Shown: positions 29,301 through 32,522 of the stretch, piece by piece | How the letters are laid out: each line of letters begins with the position of its first letter | Position numbering within the stretch: the first letter of the stretch is position 1 | Assembly: GCA_040752695.1 (NCBI GenBank) | Contig: JBFMGO010000069.1 | Coordinates: 1-32,522, forward strand | DNA length: 32,522 nt | Source of the DNA: a bacterium | GTDB taxonomy: Bacteria > SZUA-182 > DTGQ01 | Direction of reading: 5' to 3' | Program-made: the position numbers and the translations under genes | Notes under the pieces: generated by a model | Database searches by the model: none | What the model was told of the DNA's origin: nothing | Seen by the model: only the letters and a program-made list of their open reading frames with translations

Positions 29301-31389
29301 GCTCTGGAACATTGTCCGTCCGGGCAATATATTCGGCGAGGCGAAAAGCGGACTCTATCCCCTGGAGATGAGCGGCTCCGCCAGTATCTTCCATAGATTA
29401 TTCGAATTGATTATTAAATCCGGCATCGCTGCATTCGGCAATAATTATTTTGACATCACTCCCGTTGACTATATTGCCAAAGCCATACTCTTTCTGGGAT
29501 TAAAGAGAAATTCCTTCCGCGAAACATATCATCTGCTTAATACTGACAAAAAGCATTGGTATGAAATTATCAATCTGCTCAATGCCTATGGATATAAAAT
29601 AAACCTGGTTCTGGTTGATGATTATTTGAGGATGGTGCATCAGGACAGTTTGCCATTGGATGAGGAAGTCGCGCCCGAGTGGCTGAATCTGATGAAGTAC
29701 GGTTTTGCAAACAAGGAATTTTTTATCAACGATGGGTATGCCGATGCCACGTATACCCAATCTCTCTTAAAAGAGGAAGGCATCATATGCCCGAAGATTG
29801 ATGTAAAACTACTCGGCACCTACCTTGAGTATTACGCTTCAAAGGGTATCATTCCACTGCCGCCCAGGCCGGATGGCCAGGAAGAATCATCCCTGACGGC
29901 ATCATCCAGGCCAGATGGACAAAAGGAGGAGCCATCCGGGCAGCAGCTTCGATCAGCACCCGGGAAAGCTCATGGAAATGACCGTGAGGAGGGGAATGGG
30001 CTGCGCGGAAAATCGGCTGCTAATAATACGCCTCCTGATAGAGGTCCAGAATTAAAGGAGAAGACCATGAAAAGCAATGCGTATGAATTTATTATCGTTG
30101 GTTCAGGAGCGGGTGGAGCCACCATGGCCAGGGAATTGGTTAAAAAAGGGAAGAGAGTCCTCGTCGTAGAGCAAGGCAGGCGTGAGAAGAATATCGGGGG
30201 ACTCATGAATAGTTTAAGGCACTTTGACCACCATAAAATAACGCTATGGCCCAAGGCATCGAAAGAAGGGGTATTCCTCTACAGGGCGGTCATGGCTGGA
30301 GGCTCCACCGTGGTTTCGTGCGGTAACGGCACCCGGTGTTCGGAGGAACAATTTGCAGCTTTCGGCATCAATCTCGATGCGGAATTCACTGAAGCGGAGA
30401 AAGAGATGAACATCGCTCCCTTCAATATGAAATGGCTGTCCAAAGGTTCCAGAAAGATCCTCGAAGCATCCATCTCGCTGGGCTATAAGATGGAGCCGAT
30501 GCCCAAGTTTATGCGGTACAATAATTGCCGCAGGTGTGGTACGTGTTATATGGGGTGCCAATACAATGCGAAATGGACGGCGTTGGATTACCTGGATGAA
30601 GCTATAAAGGGTGGAGCCGACGTCATGTATGAAACCGCTGTCGAGCGGGTTCTGCATAAGAACGGCAAGGCCATAGGAATATGCGCCAAAGGGCCAAAGG
30701 GGCAGATCGTAATCCCCGCGGACGCGGTTGTCCTGTGCGCAGGGGGGCTGGCGACCCCTGTAATCCTCCAAAAATCAGGCATTGAAGAGGCTGGGTCAAA
30801 CCTTTTTGGAGATTTGCTGGTGAATACCTATGGGGTTGCAAAAAATCTCAGCCAGACAGGGGAACCTTCCATGGCACTTCTGGATAATGAATTTCATGCA
30901 AGCAAAGGGTTTATCCTCTCGACCTGGCCTCAGCCGTCAAGAGTTTACCGGTTTGCAGAGGCGGGGATACCAGGCATGCTCCTTCCCCCGGACCGGACCC
31001 TGGGAATCATGACCAAAAGCGCGGATGATCCGACCGGCCAGGTATTCCCCGATGGAACTTTTTCCAAAGCAGTGACTGAAAAGGACCGGGCACGGTTGCA
31101 AGAGGGCATAGAAATCTCCAAAGAGATACTTATAAGGGCAGGAGTGGACAGTAAGTCCATTGTGGTCGGTAATCCTGCGGGAGCCCACCCCGGCGGAACC
31201 GCCGCTATCGGCAAGATTGTGAACCGTGACCTGCAAACGGAAATCACTGACCTTTATGTCTGTGATGCCAGTGTCTTCCCGGCATCGCTTGGTGCGCCTC
31301 CTATCCTGGCCATCGCGGCTCTGGCCAAACGATTGGCGAAAGCTCTGGCATCGAAGCAGAGCGCAGCCGCGTACCAGAGTGCAGCCTAG
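17320..31389 (+). CDS. PKS2 (trans-AT type): ACP-KS-DH-KR-ACP-KS-DH-KR-ACP-thioester reductase-GMC oxidoreductase
   Basis: ACPs GIDS (17512), GFDS (22810), GVDS (28162); both KS have DTACSSS/HGTGT/GHLE; DHs HVVNNQKMLP and HNVKGQAVLP; KRs GGAGGLG/YAYGN and GGAGGIG/YTAGC; R domain TGPTGILG...YQETK (about 28740-29860); GMC IIVGSGAGG, CRRCGTCYMGC, AHPGGT, VCDASVFP (30067-end). No AT domain. Start could also be ATG 17395. Confidence 0.93.
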   Translation: MEIHFLEIHSYESHKEKHEYQGTGKMVNEKMRIIQVENYLAAIIASKTGSTPEGISREESFFSLGIDSIILQEIMGELGKKYDHLPPTLLFEYPNIQELAEHLAGQSVEDASEFNEDEPLFQDSQRGVSMQPKEPSQSQPLRPGAPLQAQETLQAEKNNVLQNSQEGVPVEKEPPLVPPPDSLKKGESVTPVSQVEEISLFPSDTFSPGDSNTFSPGDSRDASSFPQGDLKNTVSPVSARGNQTKEPLSSSHQPSIQMGGVTRQQGYEIAVIGMSGRFPKSPTIDAFWQNLIEGRDCIEEIPKSRWEHDRYFDPDPAKPNRSYGKWGGFIEDIDKFDPLFFAISPQEAEQMDPQQRLLLECVWETMEHAGYGNRSQYKDKVVGLFAGAMWNEYSLIANQGGFLKDLYCGPGSLYWAIANRISYIMDFKGPSILLDTACSSSLTAVHLACQSILSGDCDMAIAGGVNLSFHPSKYVYLSQAGFLSKDGRCRSFGINGTGYVPGEGVGAVLLKPLDKALKDKDHIYGIVRGSSMNHGGKAAGFTVPNPEAQARLIIKAFERANISPEQIGYIECHGTGTSLGDPIEIKGLTRAFKKYTNKRQFCAIGSVKSNVGHLEAAAGVAALIKVLLSMEYNKIPKSIHSEIKNPNINFEETPFYVVNEQKKWISTPSRPRLAGISSFGAGGSNTHLIVESFEGKKAGTSRSTYSVYAGPQRQDPQIIVLSARKEDRLKAYAAKLVEFLEKGDPALYASGQAGSWQSPTLSEIAYTLQVGREAKEERIALVVSSMEELREKLTHYGQGAKDIKGFYKGNIRANKQGVESLVDGEEGREFLKVIVKNKKLDKLAQLWVSGVFIDWSLLYSDQIPCRTALPTYPFARDRYWIPDSDPITITATTITPPPSSITPAGNGIGSKQCLAAKLHPLIGQNISTLKEQKFSTLLTGDEFFLEDHVVNNQKMLPGVAVLEMARAAAEIAGERKVQKLKDIVWTRPVTVGKTPQLVYACLHTQGHTGSHGGMVAYEVITDEEDNQRISHAQGKIIYESQENTRESQGNTHQDVVNIEEVKKRCTDIKDSTACYRLFRTKGFAYGPRFQAIQKLWSTGTEALSFLVLPLDSSHGADGFHDFELHPSLMDGALQTVIGLLGANDADSIYLPFALGEVELIRPLVSPCYAYGAMIGDRNAVNTASSRVKSFNILIVDEAGHVLVRIKDFSLRALSMHLKEGVPFTGQETSGHRNTQILSYRPVWEKLESGIRSLDREQSGHILIFDTNEEVYDAFRNKLAVREDGRVQVTLVKPGAGFKDLGNDALGDHVYKINPGQKGDYVQLLEVLKGKNLMPGSIIYLWSQENFSSNAEILSFLLERGIYSLFFLTQALMEQKSKGKIRILCAYTASSDQPQPQYAAFSGFARTVCRENPRFSYKIIEIQTLSLAQSAPFSPRSASRPEAAFTTALTVSRKVDLLLREVQAGVEDEGTLEIRYDESGQRWVKVLREFDLEEESAAGKMTYTFGGLEAGSTITLKNRGVYVITGGAGGLGFIFAEYLARAVKARLLLSGRSDLTFKKEAKIKELKASGSEVVYIKADIARLEDARMLIAEAKARFGKINGIIHCAGVVRDSLLVRKTKEEMDAVLAPKVFGTVYLDEASGSENLDFFVLFSSITAVMGNQGQCDYAYGNSFMDAFAAMREGLRNKGIRSGKALSINWPLWKEGGMRVDEQTEEFLAKTTGMRALSTKAGLSAFVKGLTLSDSQFVVTEGDRQKLARTLGVAESPALHASMVREVSTIQSPGGISGEPAQERKKEAGLLPGIQKDVIQIVSDILRVDRDEVHLDEDMSDYGFDSISYTVFANRINEKFNLEITPAIFFEHPTIGSFTAYLCHEYQDSFLRHHHLDGAAHDSTAGIVESDLRDTAESSLKDTAQEWSADERFFEEASIEESSFGQAPYEEWRFGKDPERGEGVRQFLSSQEKAGQVENGQAKATEPEAIAIIGMSGVMPQSEDLEAFWKNLEEGKDLITEIPRDRWEWEKYYGDPNSEVNKTRVKWGGFMKEVDKFDALFFGISPREAELMDPQQRIFLETVWKTIEDAGYKPSDFSGTKTGVFVGAATTDYHELLAGSPNSGGAQASPYSYRIEAHTSTGRFHSITANRISYLLNLHGPSEPVDTACSSSLVALHRAVQSLRSKDCDAAIVGGVNVILTPTLYISFSKAGMLSEDGRCKTFDKKANGYVRGEGAGALLLKPLSKAEADGDHIYAVIRAVSENHGGHANSLTAPNPNAQAELISSAYEEAKIDPSTVSYIEAHGTGTTLGDPIEINGLKKAFGDLYKKWNKPTPRVPHCALGTVKTNIGHLETAAGIAGVLKVLLAMKYKKLPATVHFQELNPYIQLQGSPFSIVKETRPWDCLRDENGQPVPRRAGVSSFGFGGANAHVVLEEYTKVLPREDRIESQTPHIIVLSAKDKERLKVYAAKMAEFIRNAVAGEAAAGAPGVNDPGAGVPNDSGAGNAGGSPAAIGTAGISLADVAYTLQTGREEMEERLAVVASDMAELADKLTRYCRERTDQEGTDIENLFVGNVQQGKAKRDLFIDDDDQEELLHILIKNKRLAKLAQLWVSGVKIDWKSFYQTSTQEAQALPSCPRRISLPTYPFARERYWIPEGLKGQVPQGHGRGDNGHDHDDERQGLHPLIDKIVPSLSLHQGVVFQKTLLDTDVIVRDHNVKGQAVLPGAGYLEMARAAVSQVMDNQKIRPGLSQIVWLRPLAVQEGKKEVRIVVTGRDGNVQYEFQSIDNGAVIVHAKGMASFALQTSSSRTEGDGDQWVSIEEIKARCTRQIAKEAIYSRFQQTGMNYGPYFQGLSRIWLNDDEALGHLIIPGGYENELKKYALHPALIDATLQTVSGFYEKTPLTLLPFAIDKVEILHPLKTQGYAYVKAFGNHRFSMAILNETGLVCVKLHDVVMRELKTVPGSKTVQEPETVQVPEAVQGLKEVRGQDDDARGQRPETGSHRPEPEDRKGGLRVGGGEGSDFFYCPRWVESPLPSAQKGEGIKNGKSGNNNGKGGREVILIVHPPQSFGLGKALSEAHRYDEVIEIELGTETGQRSGNQWQIDAKDPFALDRCIAQLADLHLTDLHCIYFLGGIQGPKTDDDKGDDLDALERAQERGVISLFRLIKALGGHNLIQPILQLKVITNDVHQISSEQVVNPYAASLFGFTRVMVREYLAMEASCIDISLRGIGDVPGKGDVEGIKPLVKAILTEPGSRKGEEVAIREGKRYVRTLVPITLPAVIDAGKAAFRHQGVYVILGGAGGIGLELCRYLAENYQAHLVLLGRGDLDDKRKEKISRIESKGGRVLYVRADASDYSSMTAAIEKARSRFGKINGVIHSAIVLKDMILENMDEASFRMALTPKVRGSMTLYKAVQGEALDFMMFFSSAVSFFGNMGQSNYTAGCTFKDAFARYLNQREGYPVKTINWGFWGSVGVAAASEEYKRRLTALGAQSIEPDEGMEAVRQVLGNPVEQIVAIKAQDFLLERIGVDLHHHMVIDGSSGEITLEERKQGKQVQAPLTPATFPSESGRPRGGRGAEPSQAPQDTAGGQKDAKRRYIEEKIVENIRTCLGMSAQKIDFAKPFAEYGVDSILGLELIGKLNMVFGIALKTAVIFNHANVNDLSRYIYDKYGEKITDDTLPKANAGEEPAANVGEERVIRTPEQAPVSKPPAMTTANSIFQPAAEAKDIRQAGGDRQTCRDQQAIQTGGDRQATQAGGGKQVRDDRQAGGDRQQFKGGKQAGEDGYEKQDKQGEETDIGLGRLKYQTKPVVCKNNPFTFHNIFLTGPTGILGGYLIKELLETTTAQIYCLIRAQGITHGLERLRKILISYGAQDRVLDALNHRVVPIIGDVSKANFGLLEMEYLHLANAIDCTIHIAASTNLIMPYDYLAPINVQGVKNIINFALKTKQKYLIHVSSYHVMADVIYRSNFAFTEQHFDVGQKFAKMGYQETKFEGERLVREASQKGLLWNIVRPGNIFGEAKSGLYPLEMSGSASIFHRLFELIIKSGIAAFGNNYFDITPVDYIAKAILFLGLKRNSFRETYHLLNTDKKHWYEIINLLNAYGYKINLVLVDDYLRMVHQDSLPLDEEVAPEWLNLMKYGFANKEFFINDGYADATYTQSLLKEEGIICPKIDVKLLGTYLEYYASKGIIPLPPRPDGQEESSLTASSRPDGQKEEPSGQQLRSAPGKAHGNDREEGNGLRGKSAANNTPPDRGPELKEKTMKSNAYEFIIVGSGAGGATMARELVKKGKRVLVVEQGRREKNIGGLMNSLRHFDHHKITLWPKASKEGVFLYRAVMAGGSTVVSCGNGTRCSEEQFAAFGINLDAEFTEAEKEMNIAPFNMKWLSKGSRKILEASISLGYKMEPMPKFMRYNNCRRCGTCYMGCQYNAKWTALDYLDEAIKGGADVMYETAVERVLHKNGKAIGICAKGPKGQIVIPADAVVLCAGGLATPVILQKSGIEEAGSNLFGDLLVNTYGVAKNLSQTGEPSMALLDNEFHASKGFILSTWPQPSRVYRFAEAGIPGMLLPPDRTLGIMTKSADDPTGQVFPDGTFSKAVTEKDRARLQEGIEISKEILIRAGVDSKSIVVGNPAGAHPGGTAAIGKIVNRDLQTEITDLYVCDASVFPASLGAPPILAIAALAKRLAKALASKQSAAAYQSAA

Positions 31390-31603
31390 CCGAGTATGCA
31401 GGTTATGGCGGGCAGCCTTATGAACTTAAGGATAGCTGAAAGGTTTCGCAAGGTTTTTTCCCCGGCGGGGAGATCGATCGCATGGGCAGAGTGAGCTGAG
31501 TGTGCGCATGGGGGGATTGCGCTGATTAGGGGGCTTGGGGGGATTTTAAAGGGGAATCCCCGGTACTGTACTTGAAGCTGAGGATTGTAAAGAGGTTAGA
31601 GAA

Positions 31604-32522
31604 ATGAAAAGAATACTGTTTGCCACCTTGCTATTGAACTTCGTTATCGGTTTATCATTCAGCACACAGGTTTTAGCCAATGGGGTATTGCTGGAAAGTG
31701 TGGGGCCGGTTTCTACGGGAAGAGGAGCCACCAATATCGCCCATTCGGACACTGGCAGCATGGTTTATGATAATCCGGCAGGGCTGACTCGTCCTGCGAG
31801 CGACAGGATAGAATTCAACGCTGATTTTTTCTCCTTCTCCATGCATTATCAAGATGCGGATAATGACGAGGAGGGCAAAGAGCCTCTTTTCATTCTCCCT
31901 TCCCTTTTTTATACGAAGCATTTCGATGAGCTTCCCATCGGGTTAGGTGTGGGGATCTTCAATTCAGCCGGATATTCTACAAAATACGATCTGTATTATC
32001 ATGGTAAACAACAGGAATATTCTTCCTATAGCTCGCTGAGCAAGCTGTTGGTGGGGGCAGGATACAAGATCACGGATGGGGTGTCTTTCGGCATGGGGAT
32101 TGGAGCTTCCTACAGCAAAATAGAATTAAAGATGCCCTATACCTTCCAAAATCCAGACCTGGCAAGTAAAATCCCTGCTACTGCTTTTATCGACATGGAT
32201 GCGGATGCCTGGTCTTATACCTGGAACATGGGGATGCAATGGGACATGTCCTCGAAGACCACTGTGGGGCTCGCCTACAGGAGCCAGGATTCTTTTGATA
32301 TGCAGGGAAAATTCGATATGGATGTCCCTGCCCTTGGCAATCCACCATATAATGTGCCGAATACCTCGGCCCACTATGATCTTGACTTTGACTTTCGCTG
32401 GCCCCAGAGTGCGGGCCTGGGACTGCTCCATCGATTAACAGACAGACATATACTATCCTTTGATGTTATGTGGATCGACTGGTCTTCAGCTTTTGACGAA
32501 TTGACCCTGAAACTTTCAAATG
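31604..32522 (+). CDS. OmpP1/FadL-family outer-membrane transporter, truncated by the window edge (absent from the ORF track)
   Basis: My translation: MKRILFATLLLNFVIGLSFSTQVLA signal peptide, then NGV...STGRGATNIAHSD...YDNPAGL (NPA motif), GLAYRS, WPQSAGLG, WIDWSSAF; no stop seen in the parts I translated. Confidence 0.85.
   Translation, partial: MKRILFATLLLNFVIGLSFSTQVLANGVLLESVGPVSTGRGATNIAHSDTGSMVYDNPAGLTRPASDRIEFNADFFSFSMHYQDADNDEEGKEPLFILPSLFYTKHFDELPIGLGVGIFNSAGYSTKYDLYYHGKQQEYSSYSSLSKLLVGAGYKITDGVSFGMGIGASYSKIELKMPYTFQNPDLASKIPATAFIDMDADAWSYTWNMGMQWDMSSKTTVGLAYRSQDSFDMQGKFDMDVPALGNPPYNVPNTSAHYDLDFDFRWPQSAGLGLLHRLTDRHILSFDVMWIDWSSAFDELTLKLSN

Noticed and set aside
11633..32438. Many antisense and alternate-frame ORFs within the PKS and FadL genes (incl. 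340 aa at 27718-28740)
   Set aside because: Shadow ORFs of long coding genes and repeats, with no motifs of their own.

Overview
This 32.5 kb bacterial window has two halves. Bases 1-9,000 are accessory DNA: a secreted MBL-fold hydrolase, a membrane CBS-domain protein, a Tyr/Pro-rich exported protein and two small membrane proteins. Interspersed are a truncated CRISPR-like remnant, a dead IS5/IS1031-type element, and four MITE-like elements whose target-site duplications enclose REP-type hairpins. From about 9,200 to the end is a co-oriented biosynthetic locus. It encodes a FeeM-like N-acyl amino acid synthase, a GT2 glycosyltransferase, two PKS genes with no intact AT domain (three KS-DH-KR-ACP modules, the first split across the genes) and a FadL/OmpP1-like outer-membrane channel that runs off the window. 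The best candidate for something undescribed is in PKS1: a tandem 24-aa/5-aa/24-aa MshEN-like (c-di-GMP receptor) motif inserted into a decayed AT domain. PKS2 ends in a thioester reductase fused to a GMC oxidoreductase that keeps its own RBS+ATG, and a sigma54-type motif lies between the two PKS genes. All domain calls come from motifs read by eye; no searches were run, and internal domain boundaries are approximate.
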